Position numbers and translations under genes: made by a program
Source: Coxiellaceae bacterium
GTDB lineage: Bacteria > Pseudomonadota > Gammaproteobacteria > JAJRRL01
Direction of reading: 5' to 3'
Assembly (NCBI GenBank): GCA_047404195.1
Contig: JBDOIU010000002.1
Span: 3,677-67,676 of the forward strand
Length of the DNA: 64,000 nucleotides
Part shown: in pieces, positions 18,787-27,626 of the stretch
Numbering within the stretch: position 1 is the first letter of the stretch
Layout of the letters: each line of letters begins with the position of its first letter
Notes under the pieces: model-generated
Told to the model about the DNA's origin: nothing
Database searches by the model: none
The model's input: the letters and a program-made list of their open reading frames with translations, nothing else

Positions 18787-19737
18787 CTATCCCAGTTGAA
18801 ACAAGATGACGCATCCAGTAGCACTTAACAATAAAAGTGCACCAAGACAGACCTTCAGCGCCATATGCGTTGTACGCTGTCTGAGTCGTAGGCTGCGAAT
18901 CAGTAAGTGTGAGTCTTTAATGGCGCGTTTGATGTCCTGCTGCATGACCAGTTCACTGCCTCTACCACATGCGATCAGCATGGCCTTGTTGCATAGGATA
19001 TTCAATATGCGTGGCACGCCACCACCATATCTATTCAGGGTTCTCAGAGCGGCTTGGCTGAATAAATTACCATGTTGGTGCCCTGCTGCAATTAAGCGTC
19101 TGACCAAGTAGGGTTTGGTGTATTCACCCGGAAGAGAGTCAATGTGATAGCTGTAAACAATGCGCTGCAAAATTTGGCGCATATCTTTTGATTGCAGCCT
19201 CTCGTTCAGTTCTGACTGCCCAACCAGTATAATATGAAGCAGTTTGCGAGAGTCAGTTTCTAGGTTAGTGAGCAACCTCAGCAGCTCCAATGATTCGTGT
19301 GTGAGTAAGTGTGCTTCGTCAATTAGCAGTACAACCTTTTTTCCAGCCTCATGCTGGACTAATAGTTGGTCACTTAGAGCTTGTATGAGCGCAAATCGAC
19401 TGGCATCATCGGCGAGCGTTATGCCCAAGTCTTTACCAATTGCGCGTAAGATATCTTCGCCAGACATGCAGGGGTTAAAAATGTAGCAACTGACATAAGT
19501 CTCAGGCAAAGTATCCAGTAGTTTACGACAAAGCAGTGTTTTGCCCACACCAACGTCCCCTGTGATTTTCATGAGGCACTCGCCCTGCTCGAGTCCATAA
19601 TTGAGGAGGTTGATAGCAGCCTGATGTTGTGGTAAATCGCAATACATATTAAGGCTGGGCGTTAATGAGAACGGGTTTTGTAGCAGCTGAAAATGTTGTA
19701 AGTACATAAATGCTCCATCATTTGTTGTCGTAAACAA
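18787..19737 (-). CDS. mshM: ExeA-like AAA+ ATPase, MshM-like
   Basis: Walker A GDVGVGKT and Walker B VVLLIDEAH. 316 aa. Sits immediately after the secretin gene. Confidence 0.8.
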   Translation of the reverse strand: MFTTTNDGAFMYLQHFQLLQNPFSLTPSLNMYCDLPQHQAAINLLNYGLEQGECLMKITGDVGVGKTLLCRKLLDTLPETYVSCYIFNPCMSGEDILRAIGKDLGITLADDASRFALIQALSDQLLVQHEAGKKVVLLIDEAHLLTHESLELLRLLTNLETDSRKLLHIILVGQSELNERLQSKDMRQILQRIVYSYHIDSLPGEYTKPYLVRRLIAAGHQHGNLFSQAALRTLNRYGGGVPRILNILCNKAMLIACGRGSELVMQQDIKRAIKDSHLLIRSLRLRQRTTHMALKVCLGALLLLSATGCVILFQLG

Positions 19738-19742
19738 GCTTG

Positions 19743-21377
19743 CTAAAAATCATTGCGACCGGATAGTTGGTGTCGCGTTTTATCAAGTTCTGTCACCCAA
19801 CCCTTGTCATCGATGATTGTTGGGCGCAGTAAAATGAATAGCTCTACTTTATCATAGCTATCTGAGCGGTGACTATTCCAGGCATGCCGCTCCATTCCAG
19901 GCACTTTGTTGCGTTGAAGCATACTTTTATCTGAAATCAGGCCACCGATGACAATAATTTGACCACTGCGGGCGCGTACAATTGTATCAGTTTCACGAAT
20001 GCTGGTTTTGGGGAGCTCGAGCGACTCATTATTGCCGGAAGTTGTGACAACGGGTGTAATAGAGCTGATAATCGGATGGATATGCAGGGTAATGTTGTCA
20101 TTCAGATCGACTTGCGGTGTGACATCAAGCGCTATACCTGAGAAGAATGACTGCAAATTGTTCGATACGGTAGGTGTAGTATTGAGGCTGCCTGACTCAA
20201 TAAAGGAGGTTGTAGTGCCCATAGAAAAGTATTGGTCATCGCCCACCTTGATGAGCGCCTTTTGGTTATTAAGCGTCGATACACGTGGGCTTGATAGCAG
20301 CGCAACCTTACCAACAGAAGACAGTGTGTCTAGAATGGCTGAGAAGCTTGTCGTGCTGGTAGTACTAGAGGTTTTGTTGTAGCCAGCAGCAGAGCTACTT
20401 GAGTTATTTGACCAGTCAAAGTAGGGCAATCCAAGGCGGCGTAGTCCAAACTCTTGCTTTTGTGTCATATTCACTTCTATGAAGCGAGCATCAATAACAA
20501 CTTGCTTGGAGTTGATAGCATGTAGGGAGCGTAAATACGCTTCCACCAATTTTTGCTTCCTGCGGCTAGCGCGTACGACTACTAAACCGTTGGCTTTGTT
20601 GACGGTGACAGAGCGGCCGTGCATGCTTTTCTTGTTAGAGGCATCTTCTCCGTCTGGCCGAATAATGTTCTCAATTGCTGTGGTAATTTCTTGCCAATAA
20701 TCCTCAATACCAAACGTTGTTGTGATTTCGCTGCTGCTTGATGCCTCACTTGAGCTTGAAGAGCCTGTCGTGTTTGATGAGCTACTGCTGGTACTATCAT
20801 TATCACGAGAATGCTGTAAGTCATTGATATTCATACTGCTTTTTCCGGAGCGAGTCATTGATAGCCAGTCTATAGTATAAATGCGTGTGAGCAGACGTTC
20901 TTGCATAACTTTGAAGCCAAAGTCCTTGTTCTCAATGCGAAAGCCGTAACTGTCAGTGAGTGCGTGCAGTACTTCGGGCAAGGTGATTTGTTTCAAATTA
21001 AGGGTGATTACCCCGGTGATATCTGGTGAAACCACCATATTGACGTTGTCTAAGCTGGCTAAATAAGAAAAGAATTGTTTGGCGGGCATTTTATTCACAC
21101 TGAGATTAAAGCGGCGCCAGTGGTGTTGTTTGGTTTGAGTTGGGGATGCAGACAGCGCCTGAGAGACAACCTCAGGCAATGAGGCAGTGACTTGGTTTGC
21201 TAACTTAGCATCATGGGTTGCGGCGGCCAATGTGATGTTTTTCGCGTCTTTGATGATGTCAGCGTGTCTTTGAGACATTTCTGTGCCATTACACGCTTGC
21301 AGCGATAACAGCGCGCAAACTGTGCAGTGGGTAAGCAATGTGCGAAATAATGTGGGCATTGACGGGGTCCTTTCCAT
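19743..21377 (-). CDS. mshL: secretin lipoprotein, MshL-like
   Basis: Lipobox LSLQAC. C-terminal secretin-domain pattern (LLSSPRVSTLNNQKALIKVG; SGQIIVIGGLI; VPGM; ILLRPTII). Carries Ser-rich low-complexity inserts (STSSSSSNTTGSSSSSEASSSSE; NNSSSSAAGYNKTSSTTSTTS). Confidence 0.85.
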   Translation of the reverse strand: MERTPSMPTLFRTLLTHCTVCALLSLQACNGTEMSQRHADIIKDAKNITLAAATHDAKLANQVTASLPEVVSQALSASPTQTKQHHWRRFNLSVNKMPAKQFFSYLASLDNVNMVVSPDITGVITLNLKQITLPEVLHALTDSYGFRIENKDFGFKVMQERLLTRIYTIDWLSMTRSGKSSMNINDLQHSRDNDSTSSSSSNTTGSSSSSEASSSSEITTTFGIEDYWQEITTAIENIIRPDGEDASNKKSMHGRSVTVNKANGLVVVRASRRKQKLVEAYLRSLHAINSKQVVIDARFIEVNMTQKQEFGLRRLGLPYFDWSNNSSSSAAGYNKTSSTTSTTSFSAILDTLSSVGKVALLSSPRVSTLNNQKALIKVGDDQYFSMGTTTSFIESGSLNTTPTVSNNLQSFFSGIALDVTPQVDLNDNITLHIHPIISSITPVVTTSGNNESLELPKTSIRETDTIVRARSGQIIVIGGLISDKSMLQRNKVPGMERHAWNSHRSDSYDKVELFILLRPTIIDDKGWVTELDKTRHQLSGRNDF

Positions 21378-21386
21378 GGTGCATTT

Positions 21387-21842
21387 TCATTTTAGCGAAA
21401 TAGTGTGCTGTTTAAAACCTGAAATATGTAATGTGACTCTATTTTGACCGTCCTCAAGCACAACTGTATGGGGCGTGATCTCAATAACCTCTAATAAACC
21501 AACATAGTCACCTTTCCGGACCTTTTTTTTGCCGATCACTGCCCAGTATTCGTCATCAACTTGAATAATCATGGTTAAGAGTTGGGCGGAGGTTTCCCCA
21601 GGTTTATACGGGTCGCGCTGGTCTGGTGATATTTGGTTCAGTACTTTTTGCTCTAAGGGGGATAATATATTGTCGCTTGCCGGGTAGCTGCCAATTGTTT
21701 CAATGGTGTCAAACGGTCTTGCCGTTGGGTCAAAGTGCAGCGTATCTTCTGCTGATTTGTTTTGCTGGTTGGCAAAGGAGGCTGTTGAGAGCAAGCCAAA
21801 TATGATGATGTATAGCATTGGTCGCAGTGAGAGGCGCTTCAT
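21387..21842 (-). CDS. small secreted pilus-biogenesis protein in the MshK position
   Basis: Signal peptide MKRLSLRPMLYIIIFGLLSTASFA. 151 aa. 4-nt overlap with the upstream gene. The call is positional. Confidence 0.45.
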   Translation of the reverse strand: MKRLSLRPMLYIIIFGLLSTASFANQQNKSAEDTLHFDPTARPFDTIETIGSYPASDNILSPLEQKVLNQISPDQRDPYKPGETSAQLLTMIIQVDDEYWAVIGKKKVRKGDYVGLLEVIEITPHTVVLEDGQNRVTLHISGFKQHTISLK

Positions 21843-22474
21843 TTTGACGGCTCCTTAGCTTCGGTTGTGAAGTACTGGAACTTCATCAAAAGAGATGCTG
21901 TTGGAAACTGATTAACAGAGATTTCTGTTTTATTGAGCAAGATGGCGCGATGTTGTTTTAGGAAGTCTTGCATGAATGATAATAGTTGACGATATTGGCC
22001 CATTACTTTGAGCGTGTAATCATGCATGGTGAACTGCTGGTTAGGTAGGCGAGTAACCCATGGCCGTGTTGGGTCTGAGGCTGGCTTAGCTTTTTTCTTT
22101 TTTGGCACTCGGCGGTTGCTGCGAATGCGGCGAATTCGTCTCTTTTTCTTAACAGGTTCTGCTTGGTTTAAGGCAACAAGGCGTACCCCTGGGTGTTGCT
22201 CAAGAAGGGCAATAATACTTAAATGGATACGAGCTTTTTCCAGCAGTAGTTGCTGCGTTAATAAAGATGTATTGCCAGCGTCTCTGGCATGTTGAATGAG
22301 TTGAATGGCATGGCGTTGTTTCGACAGTGAGTTGTTCAACTCATTTTGTTGGCTGGATAGCTGCATTGATGCAAATAAGCAGGAAAGCGCGAGTATCAGT
22401 AATAAGCATAATTGTATGATCTTCCCACTTAGGGGAATTTTTTTTCGTTGAAATAGTGATTGATAATGATTCAT
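21839..22474 (-). CDS. PilO-like bitopic protein in the MshJ position
   Basis: One N-terminal TM segment (IIQLCLLLILALSCLFA) followed by a coiled-coil-like segment. Unusual polybasic linker KKKRRIRRIRSNRRVPKKKKAKP. The call is positional and by size (211 aa). Confidence 0.45.
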   Translation of the reverse strand: MNHYQSLFQRKKIPLSGKIIQLCLLLILALSCLFASMQLSSQQNELNNSLSKQRHAIQLIQHARDAGNTSLLTQQLLLEKARIHLSIIALLEQHPGVRLVALNQAEPVKKKRRIRRIRSNRRVPKKKKAKPASDPTRPWVTRLPNQQFTMHDYTLKVMGQYRQLLSFMQDFLKQHRAILLNKTEISVNQFPTASLLMKFQYFTTEAKEPSK

Positions 22475-22478
22475 CTGT

Positions 22479-24011
22479 TTACCTTATTAAGATCGCGATT
22501 TGAAACGACAGAACTTTTGTGGTTATCAATTGGTCGCTGTCTTCACCTGCTTGCTCGTTTAAAAGTTGCTGCAGCTTTTGTTGACGGCGGCTGTAGGTAC
22601 GATCTAATCGTGTGAGCAGAGAGCGCTGTAAGCGTTTGATTTCATTGTTTCTGCGTTGTTTTTTCTTGCCTTGGCTGATTGTTTGGCCTGCTTGGTACGA
22701 TTTATTAGCAAATGTTTTCAGTGATACTTCTCTGGCGCCAGGGGCTTTCTTGAGCCATTTAATATAAGCAAGTATAAACTTAATATTGCGTGACTCCCCC
22801 TCCAGTTGCATTTTTTTTCGATCGACACTGATTTTTGTCAGCCACAGGCCAGGGAAGTTTTGACTGCTCAGCCATAGGAGCAGCTTGGTATGTGTGTGTT
22901 GCTGTTTTAAGAACTTTTGACTGAGAATACCAATAACTTTCTGTTGAGTATGTTTTGAGTCTAATGAATTGAGCATGGTAGTTCGTGAAGCCCTGCTTGC
23001 TTTGATTTTCTGTTGAAGAGAGCCAATCTCAATGGTTTTGAAGGTGCACAATGCAAGCAAAGCTGCTGCTATAGCTGTTGTTGTAGCGCATGACCAATGT
23101 AGTGTTCTAAAGCAATTTTGGCGTGTAAAGGTTGTTTTTTCAGCTAGTAGCAGCTCACCATGAGTTGTTTGCTGTTGTGAGCCAGTTGCAGCCAATGCGC
23201 ACCAAATATGATGGGGTTGTGGGTCAGCCTTTTCCTGTGCTTTCTGGTTGAGCGCATTGACTTGACATTGATTTGGCGTTATCGCCGTGGCATCCAGCAG
23301 TAACTGCTGCCATGGTTGAGCCAGATTGTGTTCAGTGCAGAGAATTGTAAATTGTGCCTGAGCTAAAATTTGTTGATACTGCTGACATATTTGTAGTACA
23401 GCACCACGTTGTAGCGGGTGTAGCACGTTGCTGTCTAAAGTTTCTCGAGGCAGGCCATGAATACCAATGATTTTATTTGCATGACAGACAACAATGCGCG
23501 GCATGAAATCGTCTAGTACGATGAAAAAGCTGGCATCAATTTCCTCCATGTGTATCAGTTGTGGGAGCACACCTTCTGCAAATTGAATATTTGAAATAGA
23601 TGATGGAAGCTGTGGGTTGAGCTGAGAAATTTGTGTATTGATGTCTGCCTGTATTGCTAGGCATACTGTTATATGGCACTCGTTGTCTGTCTCATGGATG
23701 GAGTAGAGGTAAAAGCATGTTTCTAGAGGTTGATCGATTAAATCAAGGAGTTGCATATCGATATGATCTTGCAGAACGCGCTTACTGAGGCCTGTCGGTG
23801 CCTTGATACTGAGAATTTGGTATTGTTCTGGTGCTAAAACCAGTGTTATAGCTGTTTTTTCAGGCAGTGCGGTTACTGGCTGACCACAATCTACATAACC
23901 CATTGAAAATTCATTGTTTTTCTTCGGTTGTGCCCAATAAAGCGCATTATTACGCAGCATGATATAGGCTCGTTTCGGGCGTTTTCTGCGCCATTTGAAA
24001 AGGTTGTGCAT
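22479..24011 (-). CDS. PilM/PilN-like fusion protein in the MshI position
   Basis: First gene of the minus-strand operon. Internal TM segment (TTTAIAAALLALCTF) splits a ~330-aa cytoplasmic part from a C-terminal part. I chose ATG 24011 (MHNLFKWRRKRPKR). The track's longer ORF to 24158 would run through the divergent promoter of 24201. Confidence 0.5.
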   Translation of the reverse strand: MHNLFKWRRKRPKRAYIMLRNNALYWAQPKKNNEFSMGYVDCGQPVTALPEKTAITLVLAPEQYQILSIKAPTGLSKRVLQDHIDMQLLDLIDQPLETCFYLYSIHETDNECHITVCLAIQADINTQISQLNPQLPSSISNIQFAEGVLPQLIHMEEIDASFFIVLDDFMPRIVVCHANKIIGIHGLPRETLDSNVLHPLQRGAVLQICQQYQQILAQAQFTILCTEHNLAQPWQQLLLDATAITPNQCQVNALNQKAQEKADPQPHHIWCALAATGSQQQTTHGELLLAEKTTFTRQNCFRTLHWSCATTTAIAAALLALCTFKTIEIGSLQQKIKASRASRTTMLNSLDSKHTQQKVIGILSQKFLKQQHTHTKLLLWLSSQNFPGLWLTKISVDRKKMQLEGESRNIKFILAYIKWLKKAPGAREVSLKTFANKSYQAGQTISQGKKKQRRNNEIKRLQRSLLTRLDRTYSRRQQKLQQLLNEQAGEDSDQLITTKVLSFQIAILIR

Positions 24012-24133
24012 GGTTAAGCTCAGCAAAAAACGATGATAACTCATAACATTATGGCATATTGACATAAAAAGAACCAATATTGCACACCTTTGCTTCCTTT
24101 GCAATGCATTTGTGTGGAAATAATGAACACATC

Positions 24134-24143
24134 TGTCTATAAT
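24134..24143 (+). promoter_or_regulatory. conserved TGTCTATAAT -10 block upstream of array gene A1
   Basis: tgtctataat at 24134-24143. TGGAAA lies 17 nt upstream (24115-24120). 57 nt to the ATG. Confidence 0.5.
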
Positions 24144-24200
24144 GAGGAATAAGGACAAAGTGATAATGGACTATTAAACCATACGTATGGGGAGTGTGTT

Positions 24201-24941
24201 ATGAATAAAAAGAAGTTTTTTTTGCCGATTTTAGCGGCAAGTTCGATGTTTTTCGCAGGCGTTTCGCTTGCAGAAGATACAAAAACTGAAGTCGATCATA
24301 CGGCGCAGTGCATTAATGATGCTTTGAATGTCTTGGGTACAAGTCATACAGGGCAATTTGAAAACTACAGACGTTCGTTCTCGTCTGAATATATAGAGGC
24401 TGGTGCGTTCTTCACATTTGATAAGGCGGAAGGTGTCTCACTGGGCGCGTCAGATAGTGATGAAGCGGTTAAGGGTCTGGTCGGGATTTACGCCTTTATT
24501 GAGGGTACTGTGACAATTCCTGATGGTTCGTCTGATGTTTCTGGTAAAGAAGTTGCGGTTGTGTCAGCTTTTGCAGGCTCAAGCTGTGGTGCCTTCTCTT
24601 ATAGCGCAATTTACTGTGTGCTATCAGAAAACGCCATACCATTTGATGTCAATGCGTCAGCATCAGGCCTGAACTTTCAGACGATGGGCAGGCAGTGCTA
24701 CATTTGCTCACAGCACCGGTCAACCATTTTGCAAGGATTTAGTTCTGGTGCAAATGTATCATTTCTAGCGTTGTCAGGCACTGTTGTATCAGTGCCACAA
24801 ATCTCATCAACCACAACCAATGACTATTTTACAAAAGCGCAGGTCTCAGATGTGCCAAACTACTTTAGTTTAGCAGTGAACCCTGATGTATGTGCTGCGA
24901 TGGATGGCGCAAGTATCTCGTTGTTGAACGTTGAGGGATAA
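24201..24941 (+). CDS. array family A member A1 (divergent): secreted Cys-rich protein
   Basis: Signal peptide MNKKKFFLPILAASSMFFAGVSLA. Family Cys pattern AQCINDA ... SSCGAFSYSAIYCVL ... GRQCYICS ... DVCAA. Confidence 0.75.
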   Translation: MNKKKFFLPILAASSMFFAGVSLAEDTKTEVDHTAQCINDALNVLGTSHTGQFENYRRSFSSEYIEAGAFFTFDKAEGVSLGASDSDEAVKGLVGIYAFIEGTVTIPDGSSDVSGKEVAVVSAFAGSSCGAFSYSAIYCVLSENAIPFDVNASASGLNFQTMGRQCYICSQHRSTILQGFSSGANVSFLALSGTVVSVPQISSTTTNDYFTKAQVSDVPNYFSLAVNPDVCAAMDGASISLLNVEG

Positions 24942-24982
24942 TGAGGTTACTGGTTAATCGATTATAAGGTTATTTAATCGTG

Positions 24983-25008
24983 AAAAGGCAGCTGAAGCTG
25001 CCTTTTTT
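24983..25008 (+). terminator. rho-independent terminator after A1
   Basis: ggcagc-tgaa-gctgcc hairpin (24987-25002) followed by a T6 run. Confidence 0.75.
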
Positions 25009-25072
25009 GCATTCTGGGTGTGTGGTTGACTAAAATAAAAGTGAGTCCTTAATGTTGGTAGGGAGAGGTAAT

Positions 25073-25645
25073 ATGAAGATCATTCGAGCTGTCAGTGGTA
25101 TTGGTCTATGCTGCGTGTGTCTTTCTGGCATGGCTTTAGTCGCTGATGCACAGGATCGTGTATTGATGCAGTCCTGTACCGGTGCATTGATAGATCATAC
25201 CATCAACTATTACAGTAAGATCATTGCCGGTGCAACGCAAAATGTGCCCGTCGATAGTGTTACCTTCACCACGGCGACTGCTGCACCCTTTAAAAAAGAT
25301 AGCGCTGTGACATGTGAGCGGGTTGCCATTGACGATGCAACGTATCAGTACCGTTGCTCAGGTACTTTTGGTCAGCCTTGTGGTTTTGTGAGTAACCGTC
25401 ATTTCTTTTGTGATTTTTTGAATCCATCTGCCAGCAATGCATCGCTGGGTTATTTTGCGGCGGGCTCACCTGGAGCGACAACAAGCAATGCTTTGCCTGA
25501 TACAATACATTGTCAGGTATGCATTCCGTGGCAAGCAGGTACACCTCAATCAACCAAAGATGAGGCAGCTAAGATTTTTCAGCATCATGAGCAAAATGTA
25601 TCAGTTGTGACAGTTGATGATGCTTCGGCGGCAGTGTGTTCATAG
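25073..25645 (+). CDS. array family A member A2 (divergent)
   Basis: ATG 25073 after GGGAGAGG. Signal peptide MKIIRAVSGIGLCCVCLSGMALVADA. Pattern QSCTGAL ... PCGFVSNRHFFCDF ... HCQVC ... AAVCS. Confidence 0.7.
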   Translation: MKIIRAVSGIGLCCVCLSGMALVADAQDRVLMQSCTGALIDHTINYYSKIIAGATQNVPVDSVTFTTATAAPFKKDSAVTCERVAIDDATYQYRCSGTFGQPCGFVSNRHFFCDFLNPSASNASLGYFAAGSPGATTSNALPDTIHCQVCIPWQAGTPQSTKDEAAKIFQHHEQNVSVVTVDDASAAVCS

Positions 25646-25655
25646 GGGGAGGAAA

Positions 25656-26330
25656 ATGAGACAATTTTTGATTACAGCCATAACATGTGCCGTGACCATC
25701 ACCAGCCCATCGGTGCTGGCTAACCGCTACGAGCAAATTAAAGATGAATCATTGGCATGTTTAAGGAATGCTTTTGCGTTGCTGCAACCCATTCAAGTCA
25801 GCCAGCTTGATCAGTTTAAGGCCAGAGTGCAGCGTATTGCGCTGACAGGTGGCAGCCAGGTTCGCGGTATTTCACAGGTCAGTGATGTTGACCAGGCCAG
25901 CAAAGTATATGGTTATCATTACGGATTTTTGAACCCAACAGGCAGTCAGGCGGGCCAGGTGCAGTATATAACACGTGCATTTCTAGGTTCTGGTTGTGGT
26001 GTTTTCACCAATGCGGCGCTGATTTGTCAAATGTCTAATCAGGGCGAGGTGATTGATTTGGCTCAACCGGGAGGTTTCAAGCAGTTTAATTTTGGTGGTA
26101 TGGGTTTTACCTGTCAACTCTGTTCAGGGGTGGTTGGTTTATTCCCTTGTGTTGATGGGCATTGCAGCATTAAAAGTACGGATATGCGGCCACCCAGCAT
26201 TGCGTCTGGGGTCAGTGCTGATCAGTTCGCACAGCGAAATGCTGAGCCACCAGTTGGTGTAGGAATGACAAAAAATGACCACTGTGGCGACCTGCTTGAA
26301 GAAATAAGCTACGTGTATTCAGGTGGTTAG
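25656..26330 (+). CDS. array family A member A3 (divergent)
   Basis: ATG 25656 after GGGGGAGG, 10 nt after the A2 stop, so likely co-transcribed. Signal peptide ...TSPSVLA. Pattern LACLRNA ... GSGCGVFTNAALICQM ... FTCQLCSG ... HCGD. Confidence 0.7.
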   Translation: MRQFLITAITCAVTITSPSVLANRYEQIKDESLACLRNAFALLQPIQVSQLDQFKARVQRIALTGGSQVRGISQVSDVDQASKVYGYHYGFLNPTGSQAGQVQYITRAFLGSGCGVFTNAALICQMSNQGEVIDLAQPGGFKQFNFGGMGFTCQLCSGVVGLFPCVDGHCSIKSTDMRPPSIASGVSADQFAQRNAEPPVGVGMTKNDHCGDLLEEISYVYSGG

Positions 26331-26370
26331 AAATTAGTCCCCACCTTTCCTGGAAATTTGAGATTGTCCT

Positions 26371-26380
26371 TGTCTATATT
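26371..26380 (+). promoter_or_regulatory. conserved TGTCTATATT -10 block upstream of A4
   Basis: tgtctatatt at 26371-26380. TGGAAA lies 18 nt upstream (26351-26356). Confidence 0.45.
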
Positions 26381-26434
26381 TCGTAAGCGGCCACTGATGG
26401 CTGAGTTTGTTGGCTCATACTAAGGAGAGAAGTC

Positions 26435-27103
26435 ATGAATAAAAAAATACAACAATTATTGGTGCTAGCTACTGCATCGAGTGTTGTTCTTGCTGTAAGT
26501 ATTGGTTTTGCTAACCCAATTTCTAATGCAAAACAATGCCTCAATCAAGCTGCCAGAATTGCAAATGCTAACATTGCTGGTTTGAGTACCATCGTGGCTG
26601 ATGCAGTGACTCCTAGAGCGCTTAAGTTTAGCCAGAATAACTTAAATGGTTGGGACGGAACATCATTAGATGCAAAGGGTATCTATCATTCATCCATCGG
26701 TTGGTCACGAGAAGAAAAAGGTAAATATAAGTTTTATAACGTTGTTTATATGGGTAAAGCATGCGGTGTTTTATCAACATCAAGGCTAGCGTGTCGCCTA
26801 CAGTTGGGGTCAGGCGACCTAACATCACAGACTAACTTAGACGGTAAGTTAAAGCAAACACTGGGGATGGAGTGTACTGTTTGTCGTGGTGCAAGATACG
26901 ACAGTAGTTCAAGGTATGACGTATACGGTGTCCCAGGTGCTATGCGTGCTTCGGCGTTGAGAAGCGATCTGAATATTGCTCGCAACTTTTCAGTTGGTGC
27001 TGTTAAGATAGTCGGGTTTGAGGATGCAGAGAGTGGTGCTTGTCCAAGTACACCAGATTTGAATGGAGCAGATTTATACAGTTATTATGAGCCTGCAAGG
27101 TAG
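26435..27103 (+). CDS. array family A member A4 (core type)
   Basis: Signal peptide ...AVSIGFA|NP. Motifs AKQCLNQAA, LNGWDG..DAKGIYHSS.GW, YMGKACGVLSTSRLACRLQ, GMECTVCRG, GVPGAMRASALRSDL, FEDAESGAC. Confidence 0.85.
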   Translation: MNKKIQQLLVLATASSVVLAVSIGFANPISNAKQCLNQAARIANANIAGLSTIVADAVTPRALKFSQNNLNGWDGTSLDAKGIYHSSIGWSREEKGKYKFYNVVYMGKACGVLSTSRLACRLQLGSGDLTSQTNLDGKLKQTLGMECTVCRGARYDSSSRYDVYGVPGAMRASALRSDLNIARNFSVGAVKIVGFEDAESGACPSTPDLNGADLYSYYEPAR

Positions 27104-27135
27104 TGTCATCATTGTAAGATACTACATTAAAAAAA

Positions 27136-27158
27136 GCGGCAAATTTGCCGCTTTTTTT
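27136..27158 (+). terminator. rho-independent terminator after A4
   Basis: Perfect palindrome gcggcaaatttgccgc (27136-27151) followed by T7 and preceded by an A-run, so possibly bidirectional. Confidence 0.8.
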
Positions 27159-27551
27159 ATGATACTTGATCACAGTGCTTTCAATTTAGCAGCGTGTTTC
27201 GGTAAGCGTTGTTTGGTTCCAGTGGCTCATTGTGTCAGCATTGTTTTTAGAAAAAAATTAAGTTTGAAGACATTTTCTTTGAAGTTCCCATAAAGATACT
27301 TGTTGATTTCAGCGTTTGCTTGGGCGGTGTGGATTAAGAGCAATGATTTTTATACATAGAAGGACAGTTAACATGTGTTCAGTGATCGCTTGGGATAGAT
27401 TGTGTTATTTCTTACGGTGCCAAATATAGATTAGAAGATAATATTTTATTCTAGATTCAATAATGTATTCGATATAATTCATTATTTTACAGTGATTTAT
27501 GTGGTTGGTTATCTTTTAATGGGTATGTGATAGAGAAAACATTAACCAAGT

Positions 27552-27561
27552 TGTCTATAAT
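27552..27561 (+). promoter_or_regulatory. conserved TGTCTATAAT block upstream of A5
   Basis: tgtctataat at 27552-27561. 65 nt to the ATG. Confidence 0.5.
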
Positions 27562-27612
27562 AAAGGTATGCGGAGTTATTTTCGTATTTTGTTTTAATAG
27601 ATAGATCTTCTA

Positions 27613-27622
27613 GGGGGGGGGG
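27613..27622 (+). repeat. G10 homopolymer forming the Shine-Dalgarno region of A5
   Basis: ta-GGGGGGGGGG-tgat-ATG. The run occupies 27613-27622 and the ATG is at 27627. Paralogs have GGGGG or GGAGG at the same place. Confidence 0.9.
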
Positions 27623-27626
27623 TGAT

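Noticed and set aside
24012-24158. N-terminal 49 codons of track ORF 22479..24158
   Set aside because: The extension (MSLFLIIDRCVHYFHT...) has no RBS. It would overlap the divergent A1 promoter block at 24134-24143. ATG 24011 (MHNLFKWRRKRPKR) gives a typical basic cytoplasmic N-terminus.
27104-27551. The ~450-bp spacer between A4 and A5 (including track ORF 27063..27293) as a decayed array cassette or extra gene
   Set aside because: No residual similarity to family A motifs appears in any frame that I could see. The ORF overlaps the A4 3' end and terminator and is low-complexity. I treated it as non-coding AT-rich spacer.
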